64,000 nt of DNA from Chiloscyllium plagiosum (lineage: Eukaryota), in contig NC_057728.1 of assembly GCF_004010195.1 (NCBI RefSeq), forward strand, positions 11,097,263 through 11,161,262. Reading direction: 5' to 3'. Shown here piece after piece: positions 37,216-47,985 of the stretch. The translations under genes and the position numbers were made by a program. A model generated the notes under the pieces. It searched no databases. It was not told where the DNA came from and saw only the letters and a list, made by a program, of their open reading frames with translations. Every line of letters starts with the position of its first letter. Position 1 is the stretch's first letter.

Positions 37216-40121
37216 CTTTAGAATATTTTTCAGTACCGGTGAGCAGTCATAATTTACTTCTTGAGCAGAAGGATGAACATTGTTTGATTAATTTTCCCTT
37301 CAGTTTTGTGACAACATGCATGAATAGGTCAGAGACAGGAGCTGCTACCAAATTTTCCTTTTCCTCTGGACTTGCCCAGTGAGGGGCCATTGAACTGGAA
37401 TATAAGAGCACCTCAAATACACATTACACACAGAACTCTCTACATATCCCAGATACGTGCATATCCCAGTTAAATATCAACAATTCCAAAGACCAAACCA
37501 ATGGAGAGAGTGACACTATTGAGGTTCTGAGCCCAATATGACTTCTGTTCGGAACAACACTTCAGGCGAACACTAGCTCTGCTCTCTCTCCCCACAGATG
37601 CTGCCATGCCTGCTGAATTTTTATTTCACTTTCTGCTTTTATTTCAGATTTTCAGCGACCGCATTTTTTTGTTTTGCCAAAGCATTGGCTGTGGGTCATG
37701 AATCGAGGTCATGCTAATGCACTGGAATGCAGAACATCCAAGAGTTTCCATCGCATTGATCAGATCATTGGAGTGTTGTTTTGTTTGACAGTAAGCTCAA
37801 AAAAATCTGCTCGTGTGTAGGATGAGAGATAATTTCTGGATGGCAAAGCCACTGGCTAACTTTGAGAATTCTCAAAGCCCAGATTACGCTCAGCTAACAG
37901 CAACAAATCATGAAGTGAGTGGGGGAATCCCTTCCTAGCCACTTCTGAAGGTCTCAGTACAGACTTAGGAATCATACCACATTCCAAAATTACTACCCAC
38001 TGATATCATTGTACATCCTGTATTGTTAAAAATGGTTTCATTGGTTAGGAATGATGCAATACTGAGGAAAGACTCCTCTGGGTCAACAGTATGGGAAGTC
38101 ATATTTAATGTAGTACTGAAGGGCTTTGTTTATGATAGGCAGACTTTAGGTTCTTCCCTGTGCTGAATCCATATGCAACTCTGAGTTCCACAGTGGCCCA
38201 ATCACACTACGCATCCACTTCTTAATGGAGGTGAGCATGATATTGCTTTTATACAACAGAACCACCTCTAAACAGCACTGGGTTGTTTGTACTAAAGGAT
38301 TGTTTTACCACTGGACAAAGGGAAAGAATGTAGAAAATTCCTGAGTTATTAGCTGCAGGTGAACTTGGGCCAAGAGAAACATCTCCCCCAATTGATTAAC
38401 GCTATGTGAACAATTGGGTCATCTTTAGTTTTTGACACCAATCATTAATTATCTCAGCTAAGAATTCTGTGACCATCTCAAAGCATTCTATGATAATGAA
38501 TGAGTAGAATTTTCACATTTTAACCATTTCAGCGGATGCAAGAGATTTTGCCAGACCATTTCAACAGTTCAGTTGTGAGCAAGTCCACCTCTCCCCAATC
38601 GTTCTATACTCCTGGATTTGGATATTGCTGAAAAGAATTCACATTTTGCCAAAGCTTTTCAACTTGCACTCATGAGGAAATGTGTAAGAAATGCTGAAGC
38701 AAAACAACATTTCTGTTGCATGAGAGGAGAGTGCTGATTGGTTGGCAAGTGGTCGCTGACTGTTCGAGGCACTGGTATAGAGAATGTACCAGGAGAAAGT
38801 GAGGTCTGCAGATGCTGGAGATCAAAGTTGAAACTTTATTGCTGGAACAGCACAGCAGGTCAGGCAGCATCCAGGGAACAGGAGATTCGACGTTTCGGGC
38901 ACAGGCCCTTCTCCATAGCCTACTTATAATGACCCAAAAGTGCCCTGGCAGTTAGCTGTAGGAAAGTGTAATTGAGGCTAAATGAATAGTGAAATTGGAA
39001 GTGTTGGAAGAGGGTAAGAAAGGCAAAGCTGAGAACAGAAAGCCTAGATTGGAGAGTAGGAGTGACAGAAGAACAAATCAGATAAATTAGTGGGAGAAAT
39101 TGTGGAATCTAGATGACTTTTAACATGGCGCATTGAGGCCTTTTCGATTCAATTTTATCTTTTCTGGTTCTGAGCAACACTGGCAACTTAATTCTAATTA
39201 ATGCTAAATGTGAAAATAATGCTCAAGGAAAATGCGACTCACGACCGTACACCACTAAAATCTAATTATAATTTCATTTGGGCAGATATCCAGGGTTTAA
39301 TAGAAATTACATCAGAAAGTTGGAACACTTGATAATATTATCAGGGACAGCTTATAGCAAAGTCCTGCTTTATTTTTCATATTGATTCTGAATTTGTCTA
39401 CAATAACAACTGAATATTGGACACTATTCAAAGGGAAATTATGGTTCAGTCTTTCTAAGAGATCAACTGATGGAATAGTTGAAAACTACACGTCTGTCTT
39501 AATTCCAAGAATTCAATTATCTACAATCACACAATCAGCATTCAAGACATTGAGTCTGTTCTTGTTGCCAATACTTAAAGTCTAACTTGATGATTGCATT
39601 GTTTCTTTGTTCGCCCTATTTGTGTCAGTGGGCAGTTCGGTAATGTGACATGTTTGGTGCTCATGAATAAACCAGCTTTTAATCTTGTAACTTTAGCATC
39701 TACCAGCAAGGTGAGACTTGCAAGGATAGTTGTGACATTTTAATCGGTGTATTCTTTTATACCCTAACATGATTTTTATTGCTGCATTCAATATTTTGTC
39801 TGCAATGATCAAACAATTAGGAGCTCTTAATCTATATTCTTCTCAGGAAGGAAGGACTAAGCAAATTCTGAGCAAAGGTCACTGGACCCGAAACATTAAC
39901 TTTGATTTCTCTCCACAGATGCTGCCAGACTTGGTGAACTTTTCCAGCAATTTCTGTTTTTTATTTCCTGATTTGAAGCATCTGCAGTGCTTTCAGCTTT
40001 TTTTATTCTATATTCTTCTACATTGTATTTTGATGGATGTTCAACAGACACTCAAGATCAAGTTAATCAATTTAACATTGCATCACCATAATGAAAGTAA
40101 CAATCCTGTTAAAATTTTATT

Positions 40122-40424
40122 TTAGATTAGATTCCTACAGTATGGAAACAGGCCCTTCAGCCCAACCAGTCAACACTGACCCTCCAAAGAGTAACACACC
40201 CAGACCCATTTCCCTCTGACTAATGCACCTAAAACTACAGGTAATTTAGTATGGCCAATTCACCTAACCTGCACATCTTCATGGGAGGAAACCAGAGCAT
40301 GCAGAGGAAACCCACGCAGACACAGGGAGAATGTACAAACTCCACACAGACAGTCGCCCAAGGCTGGAATTGAACCTAGGACTCTGGTGCTGTGAGGTAG
40401 CAGTGCAAACCACTGAGCCACCAT
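40122..40424 (-). mobile_element. HE1-type SINE inside the cargo
   Basis: tRNA head and TCTAA tail; carries substitutions and a small deletion relative to other copies. Confidence 0.9.
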
Positions 40425-40464
40425 ACCAGAATCCTTATCTTCTCCTGCTGAACACTCTCTGCTC

Positions 40465-40500
40465 ATTCCTGAAGAAGGGCCTGTGCCCGAAACGTCGAAT
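40465..40500 (+). ncRNA. Minimal type I hammerhead ribozyme motif
   Basis: AUUC-CUGAAGA-A-GGGC(CUGU)GCCC-GAAA-CGUC-GAAU; perfect 4-bp stem I and 4-bp stem II. Confidence 0.8.
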
Positions 40501-41669
40501 CTCCTGTTCCCTGGATGCTGCCTGACCTGCTGTGCTGTTCCAGCAATAAAGTTTCAACTAGAGAATGTACCAGTTAACTGACGATTGACAGTTCACTTCC
40601 AAGCTTTGTCTAAGACTGTCAGTCAGGTTTACAATATGGTGTACTTGCATGTACTGGAAGCTACATTTAATAAGAAACAGTGCTCTGATCTTTACACACA
40701 GAAAGCTCATACAGACACACTATGCATACTTCAACTCAATAAAATAACTGGCAGTTTTGCTGAAGTTTCTTTCTCATGAAAATGCCTTGATTAATTTGAA
40801 TTAACCCGTGGTTAAACGTAAACAAAGCTTAGCAGTTAACTATCCATCATCATTAACTGGTGCTTTCGCCATGACAACACCACTACCAATTAGAATCCAT
40901 TGTGAGCCAATCAGCACTGTCCTCTCATACAGTATAAAGATTGTTAGCTTTTTACTTTGGTATTTATTGTAAATTCTCTTGATGGGTACAAGGCAAAGAG
41001 CTCAACAAAAGCAATCTTTGTTCCAGCAACTCCCTGAAGCATTGACAGGATAGTATAAATGTTTTCCACATAAAATATCACAGGCCAAAGCCTATCCTGC
41101 AAGACAGCTCTATGCTTAAAATGTCAAATAGAAGATGAGGTAGTTAGTTAGTAGTGATTAACTGGTGCAAATCTCATTTGAAAACTCTAATTTTCAGGAA
41201 AGAAGAAAAATCCAAGAGGGATAAGAAAAAGATGTCACAGTTTTGAAACCCTGGAAAAGGATAAATTAATCAAAGAGTCTAACTTGCGCACAGTGAAGAT
41301 TTGGGGACGAGAAGGAATTTACCAAACACTGTACCTCACGGTTAGCAATGGATAAGAGGGAGAAAAACCAAAGTATCAACAGAACACAGAGTCAAGGAGG
41401 TTTCCTCTGGAAAATAAAAGGTAAAATCTCGAGATGTGTCACAAATTATATATTAGACAGCACATTTTTTTCCCTTGAATCATGCTCAGGAATGCAAGAT
41501 ATTTGAAGAGTCTTTCCAGACATATGAGTTGTGACCATGTTTCAGACTGACTACAGAAATATGGAATATTTAAACACAAGGATAAGGATAAGGACTTAAC
41601 ATTTTAGATATGGAGGACCTGCGAGTTTAGGTGAAGGGTAAGCAAGGCCAGATGCAGCATAGGGTACAG

Positions 41670-42010
41670 ACTTTTATTTTCTACTCATTCACAGGATGTG
41701 GGCATCGCTAACAGACCAACATTTATTGCCCATCCCTAATTGCCCAGGGGGCTAAGTGTCAACCACATTGTTGAATGGTCTGGAGTCACACAGAGCCAAG
41801 ATCAGGTTAGAAAGCAATTTCCTTCCCTAAATAGCATTCACGAATGAGATACGTTTCTTTCCCCCGCTGACAATCAACAACGGTTTCATTATCATCAATT
41901 CCAGAATTTTACTGAACTCAAATTCAAATTCCACCCGCTACCATGGTGGGATTAGAACCTGGATCACTGGTAATCATCACTCGATTGTTAGTCTAGTGAT
42001 TATACCACTA
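41670..42010 (-). mobile_element. tRNA-derived SINE (second family)
   Basis: Reverse-complement homolog of 13378-13695. Confidence 0.72.
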
Positions 42011-42546
42011 CATAATCAGAGGGTGGAGGAATGGGTGCTGCCTGAAGAGGATTGTTATGGCTGAATCCTTAGGTGACAATGGCATTGGTTCCCAGAATTC
42101 TCCTGCCAGCCCTTTAAGTTTGTTCACTTCTCTTCTGAAGTAGTGCAAAGTGAATCCCAAGTCAACATTGAGATGACACTTCTACATTGTGGCATTGGGC
42201 AGAGATCCCAGACACCTGTCCTGGGAAAGAACTGATCCTACAGCAGAAAGACTGGTGTCATCAGAACAACAGTGATCACCATGGTCTGAGGTTCCTCTGG
42301 CAGCTAGAAATAAATCTGACCTTATGCCTTTGAAAAAATCCAAAGAAATTCAATTTTCATTGTCCCATGAAGGACATAAGGTCAGCCCAAGACGTAAGGT
42401 TCAAGCACAGAATGATCATGAGATCTTTGTAGCATGGATATCCACTGCTGAGATTTAGTGTATGTTAGCTGTAGCTCTGAGTAAAAGGTTTTGCTTGGCG
42501 GAGGTCACGGATATAAAGAAGCACATAGAAATAAAAGCCTTGAGGA

Positions 42547-43447
42547 GGACACCCCTTCCTCCTCACCTTCCATTCCACTCATCTCCGGAAAATATTTCCA
42601 CCACCTAAAAATAGACCTCACCACCATAAATATATTTCCCTCCCCACCCCTATCTGTGTTCCACAGAAACCATTCCCTCCAAGACTCCCTAAGCCCCATG
42701 ACCCCCACCAACCAACTTTCCACACCCAGCACCTTCCTTTGCCACCACAGGAGGTGTAAAACCTGCGCTTACACCTCCCCGCCTCACCTTCTTCCAAGGC
42801 CCCAAAGGATCTTTTCACATTCGGCAGAGATTTTCCTGCATATCCATCCACCTCATCTACTGCGTCCGTGGTTCTCAATGTGGTCTCCTCTACACTGGGG
42901 AGACAGGACGCCAACTCGGGGAGCTTTTCAGAGAAAATCTCTGGGACACATGCACCAAACAACCCACCGCCCTGTGGCCATCCATTTCAACCCCGCCTCC
43001 CACTTCCCCAAGGACATGCAAGTCCTGGGCCTCCTTCACCAAATCCAAGCCACCCGACACCTGCAGGAAGAAACCTCATCTTCTACCTTGGGACCCTTCA
43101 ACTACACGGCATCAACACTGGCTTCACTAGTTTCCACATCTCCCCTCCCCCCCACATCATCCCAGATCCAACCCTTCAACTCGGCACTGCCCTCGACTTA
43201 TCAATCTTCCTTCCCACCTATCTGCTCCACCCTCCCCACCGATCTATCACAATTACCCCCCCACCTGCATCTACCTATCACTTTCCCAGCTACCTTTCCC
43301 CCACTCCCACCCTCCTATTTATCTCTCAGCATCTGCCCTCCCCCTACATTCCTGATGAAGGGTTTATGCCCGAAACGTCGATTCTCTTGCTCCTCCAATG
43401 CTGCCTGACCTGCTGTGCTTTTCCAGTGCTACATTGTTTTTGAGTTG
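42547..43447 (+). mobile_element. Penelope-like retrotransposon 3' part (Neptune-like): Cys-motif linker, GIY-YIG endonuclease, 3' UTR and HHR end
   Basis: Frameshifted TFLCHHRRCKTC, HLIYCVRGSQCGLLYTGETGRQLGELFRE, PVAIHFN, NLIFYLGTLQLHGIN; ends in the family A repeat; probable TSD agccttgagga (42536) / agccttgggga (43448). Confidence 0.9.
43348..43383 (+). ncRNA. Minimal hammerhead ribozyme motif at the PLE 3' end
   Basis: CUGAUGA-A-GGGU(UUAU)GCCC-GAAA-CGUC. Confidence 0.75.
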
Positions 43448-43526
43448 AGCCTTGGGGACCAGTTTAGTGGCTGGGAAAGAGGATTAGCCATCACTTACAC
43501 CAGAAGGGCAACTAAGAGGAACATTA

Positions 43527-43600
43527 TGCCCGAAACGTCGATTCTCCTGTTCCTTGGATGCTGCCTGACCTGCTGCGCTTTTTCAGCAACACATTTTCAG
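43527..43600 (+). mobile_element. 74-bp solo tail-less PLE-end fragment (family A)
   Basis: 15-bp TSD ctaagaggaacatta (43512-43526, 43601-43615). Confidence 0.88.
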
Positions 43601-45164
43601 CTAAGAGGAACATTAGTCAGCACAAATATAATATTGGTGAAAATGACCATATTCAGCTGTAGCTGGAGGAAAGGAGCTAATGAAGGTGGGTGTTCAGAAT
43701 GACGGAGATGCTGATTTGACTGTTAACACTTCTCTTCATATTCAGGGTTAGATGGAGCCATTGTACTCTAAGTGATAGGAGAAGAAGTGGATACACGTGA
43801 TGAGAGGTGAACAAATTAAACAGTTATCACAGGGCTTTTGGAGTTTTCACCATTCTCTGCATCTATGTAAGCACTATCACAAAAGCAGATGAACTCAAAA
43901 TGGATTTGAGTAGCAACCTATGATTGCACACTTTAATGCAAAAATTCAAAACTAAAGAATTATCATAATACCAGGCTGACCTTGAAAACAGAATGGGATG
44001 GAATCTGTTTTTCAAATGCTTTCGATTCCCTGGGTAACATGGGGCTGAAGGCCTTAATCTGTGCAGTGTGTATAGTTTTCATCAATAATATCATTGAAGA
44101 ACTCAGTCCACAGTATTGTTGCCCTTAGGATATTGATGTACGTCTGTGTAGCCCCATCACAAATTAATTCCACCCTTCAGCATCTCTGACACCCTGCCTG
44201 AGCGGTTTTAATGCGGGTCCTTCACACAGGATCAGTACTCAGCACTATCAAGTCAACATGGGGGTAAATCTTCAGGTACTGAATACTGTGGGAAATGGTG
44301 CTTGAATGATAAGGCAAAGAGGAATGATAATATCCTACACAAAAGGTCAATCAGTTAAGAACCAGCCGATTTAGTCACATGTTAACTCATGGCAGGAACT
44401 CATGACTCTGAGTAGACGCCATCTTCATTTCAAGAGACAGCAGTTCTAAGTGAGATAGTCTCGACAACTACATCATCCTTCTGAGCCATCTTAATGGAAA
44501 CATAGATTATAACATCATGTAAAACATAAATGTCAACAGAATTCATGAAAACACATGGAACACTTCTAGGAATTTTCCAGAGAGTAACAATACGCGATGT
44601 ATGGAAACTATAAATTCTGTTTCTATGCAATTAACATCTCCAGTATGGTGGTAAATCCTTGCCCTTGTACAGAACTTCAGAGAATCATAGGTATAGCATG
44701 TGTCCCTAATTCCCTGTGTGAAATTTGGTATATGAAGTTCAACTATAAGATTATACCTTGGTCTCTTGCATAACAACATAGCGAACAAATTAAAATGCTG
44801 AAATAAAATAAACATTACCAAGCAGAGCGTTCTTTCTGAGTTTGAGCATTAGTTTATTGTCTGGGGTTTATAAAGAAAAAGATCACACAAACAGCCCAAC
44901 CATGACCTGCTGGTTTATCCTCCATATGCCTTGCCCAGATTATATTATACCTAGATGTAAAAGAAAAACATTCTAGTCCCTGCATTTGCATTTAAAAATC
45001 AAGAGGTTATGTAATCTTATGAAAAATGAACAAACCAACTGAAAGATGAGATCCATCCAAATAAATTATTGAACCTAAATCCCTAGTTTATCAGGTGGTT
45101 AGTCAAATAAGATAAATAATTACCACAATTTCTTTGACAACTGAAGTTGCGAGTTAATTTTTTT

Positions 45165-45640
45165 TATTCATGCATGTGACGTGGGTGTTGCTGGCTGGCC
45201 TAGTTGCCCTTGAGAAGGTGGCGGTGAGCTGCCTTCTTGAACCGCTGTAGTCCATGACCTGTAGGTTAATCCACAATGCCATTAGGGAGGGAATTCCAGG
45301 ATTTTGACCCAGCGACAATGAAGGATCAGCAATATATTTCCAAGTCAGGATAGTGAGTGGCTTGGAGGGGAACTTGCAGGTAGTGGTGTACCCATGTATC
45401 TGATGCCCTTGTCCTTCTTGCTGGATTTGGAAAGTGCTATCTCAGGATCTTTGGTGAATTTCTGCAGTGCATCTTGTAGAGAGTACACACTGCTGCTACT
45501 GAGTATCAGTGGTGGAGGGAGTGGATGTTTGTGGATGTGATGTCAATCAAGCGGGCTGCTTTTTCCTGGAAGGTATCAAGCTTCTTGAGTGCTGTTGGAG
45601 CTGCACTTATCCAGGCAAGTGTGGAGTATTCCATCAACAT
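45165..45640 (-). mobile_element. 3' end of the second CR1/L2-group LINE family
   Basis: Best-preserved copy; ends atgaataaaaaaaa on the minus strand. Confidence 0.78.
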
Positions 45641-45649
45641 ACCCAATGA

Positions 45650-46320
45650 AAAGGCAAGCAAAGCTAAGATCCATGCATGACCATAGCAACAACTTTTAAG
45701 TGAGACGGAACTGAATGGAGTAGAAGGGTAAATAGTTCAGAATGAAGTGGAAGAGGATGCTGGATGATGGGAACTAGTTAGACCTCCATTAAGGAAGTGC
45801 AGAGAGCTCAGAGGTCATCCTGGTGGAGGTTGAAAGTTGGAGGGATAGAGTATCTGTGATAAAGAGCAGATAGAGAGGTCCTGGAATCTGGAAGTTTTTA
45901 AAATGGCGTCCAGCATCAGAAGAGAATGACATAAGAAGAGACCAGTTAAGGAGAGGAAAAAAACAGAGTCAAGGTAGGAAGAAGTCAGTTTAGGGAAACA
46001 GAAATGTGCTGAAGTGATACATCTATGATGGAAATGCTGTAAACGTATCTCAGGAAGCAGTATGCTGTAGGGGATTGTGGGTTTTATAAAGTGGGAATAT
46101 ACAGAAAGAAGATCAGTGACTGTTCTGGACACAAGGGCTTGATGGTCATGGGCTTTTGGTCTATGGAGTAGCCAGGAGAAAGTCATCATTCAGCTCTGCA
46201 AGATGGAGATGACTTTGTCAGACATTGACAATAACCCCCCTTGTCAAATGTTTGATAATAATGCCAAGATTAGACCTGAAAGAACGGAAAGGAGCACGTT
46301 CAGAAGGAGACAGATTAAAG
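45650..46320 (-). mobile_element. Highly degenerate Penelope (Neptune-like) RT N-terminal fragment
   Basis: HDHQALVSRTVTDLL..LLPEI..CFPKLTSSYLDSVFF resemble PLE RT motifs. Confidence 0.55.
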
Positions 46321-46729
46321 TTACATGAAAAATAGCCTCATTGGTGCTCTTTCGAAATCATTACTAACTCTTCTTTAACTTCCTGATAAAAGTCATACTT
46401 TTAAAATGCCATCTTAAATGGGACGTTCTTCAAAAGCATCTTTACTTAAAAAAAACTTGGTTACATTCTAATTAGCTTTCACTCCCAACACCAGCCCGAA
46501 TGTTTCAGCGTTACAGTGATTGCTATGGCAACATCTATAAGCCACTGAAGTCTCCATTAACCAGTCTCTTCTCTAGACAATTAAAATGAGGCGAGCAAAA
46601 TAGACATGGGGAATATCAATAGATTTGGAAAAGGTTTTAAACTGGATGATACTGTACAATTGAACAGATGCACAGCAGACAAAATTTCACACTGATAAAC
46701 AATTGGTCACCTTCAATAGACAGGAGAAA

Positions 46730-46945
46730 AGAACTTGCATTTACATCCAACTTTTCACAACCTCTAACTATCCCAACACACTTCAAATTCAACAAGCTGC
46801 TTTTGAAGTGCAGTCAATCGAGGAACGTAGAGCCACTAATTTGTCCACAGAAAGACAGCGATAAGATAAATGACCAATTTAACTGCTTCAGTAATGTTGG
46901 TCAAGGACATTGGGAGAAATCTCACTTAACATTGACAGAAAGACC
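46730..46945 (-). mobile_element. Deu-domain SINE (SacSINE1-like) fragment
   Basis: cttgcattta..cttttgaagtgcagtca..gataaatgacca; related pieces near 11390-11630, 48090-48297 and 56680-57020. Confidence 0.6.
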
Positions 46946-46954
46946 TTAGACTTA

Positions 46955-47312
46955 GGGAGTGGACAGGCTAAATGCAGGAAGAATGTTCCTGATGTTGGGG
47001 AAGTCCAGAACTAGGGGTCACAGTCTAAGAATAAGGGGTAAGCCACTCCAGACTGAGATGAGGAAGAATTTCTTCACTCAGAGAAAGTTGTGAGCCTTTG
47101 GAATTCTCTCCCACAGGAAGCCGTTGGGGACAGTTTGTTAGATATATTCAAGAGGGAGCTGGATGTGGCCTTTGGGGGTAAAGGGGATCAAGGGATATAG
47201 AGAGAAAGCAGGAATGCAATACTAAAATTGCATCAGCCATCATCATACTGAATGGTGGTGCAAGCTCAAAGAGCTGAATGGCCTACTCCTGCACCTATTT
47301 TCAATGTTTCTA
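46955..47312 (+). mobile_element. CR1 3' fragment
   Basis: gagatgaggaagaatttcttcactcagag...gaatggcctactcctgcacctatttt tail. Confidence 0.85.
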
Positions 47313-47840
47313 GGTCTTTCCCCCACTGCACCTTGGCAACAGCTGCCCTAAACTTTAGTGCGTCCCTCAGCATGTTGGCCTGGGCTTTGGAATGTGTCAG
47401 TCTGCAACACTCGGTTGAAGTCAACTTCTTGCTCTAGAAGTCAAACATGCTTCAGGCAGACCAAAGAGCGTCTTTCAACAAGTTGATGGTCCTCCAGGCG
47501 CAGTCGATGTTTTTCCCGATGTGCGTCCCAGGGAACAGACCGTAGAGAACAGAGTCCTGCGTCACAGAGCTGCATCTTTCTCCAGACTTCCTTTCCAGAA
47601 GGTGGTATGTGACAGTCTCTACACCACCTCCCTCCCCTCCCCTCCCCACAGCCTCTTTGAGGGCAGCACACAGTGGCACACACAGTCTGGGCACAACATA
47701 AAGGATCTCACAGATACTGCCCTTCTCACCACCAGCCAAGCGATGTCTTGGTGCTTGTTGGAAAGTTCTGTCATTAGCCAGTCTGCTAATAATTTTGACA
47801 GACTGCTCAGGGAACCACCCGACAGAATCCACCCTCTGGT
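47313..47840 (-). mobile_element. Tx1/L1-clade LINE ORF2 C-terminal (zf-RVT) fragment
   Basis: CCPQRGCG..ETVTYHLLE..SSVTQDSVLYGLFPGTH..CAWRTINLLKDALWSA. Confidence 0.8.
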
Positions 47841-47985
47841 GAATCGGCCATGCTAAATTGTCCGTATTGTTAGGTGAAGGGGAAATGTAGGGGAATGGGT
47901 CTGGGTGGGATGCGCTTCGGCGGGTTGGTGTAGACTTGTTGGGGCGAAGGGCCTGTTTCCACACTGTAAGTAATCTAATCTAATC
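47838..47985 (+). mobile_element. HE1-type SINE 3' fragment
   Basis: ggtgaatcggccatgctaaattg...cactgtaagtaatctaatctaatct. Confidence 0.88.

Larger units (their letters stand above)
38793..40558. mobile_element. Composite insertion: two inverted HHR-bearing PLE ends enclosing about 1.5 kb of cargo
   Basis: 15-bp TSD tagagaatgtaccag (38778-38792, 40559-40573); perfect 87-bp inverted arms 38826-38912 / 40473-40559. Confidence 0.88.
38640..41030. mobile_element. Old inverted-repeat element (host of the composite insertion)
   Basis: 38640-38792 joined to 40574-40615 is the diverged reverse complement of about 40820-41030 (gagaggagagtgctgattgg / ccaatcagcactgtcctctc). Confidence 0.7.

Noticed and set aside
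42491-43408. 305-aa ORF as a novel gene
   Set aside because: It drifts in and out of the frameshifted Penelope GIY-YIG frame and then reads a C/T-rich UTR; not an independent gene.
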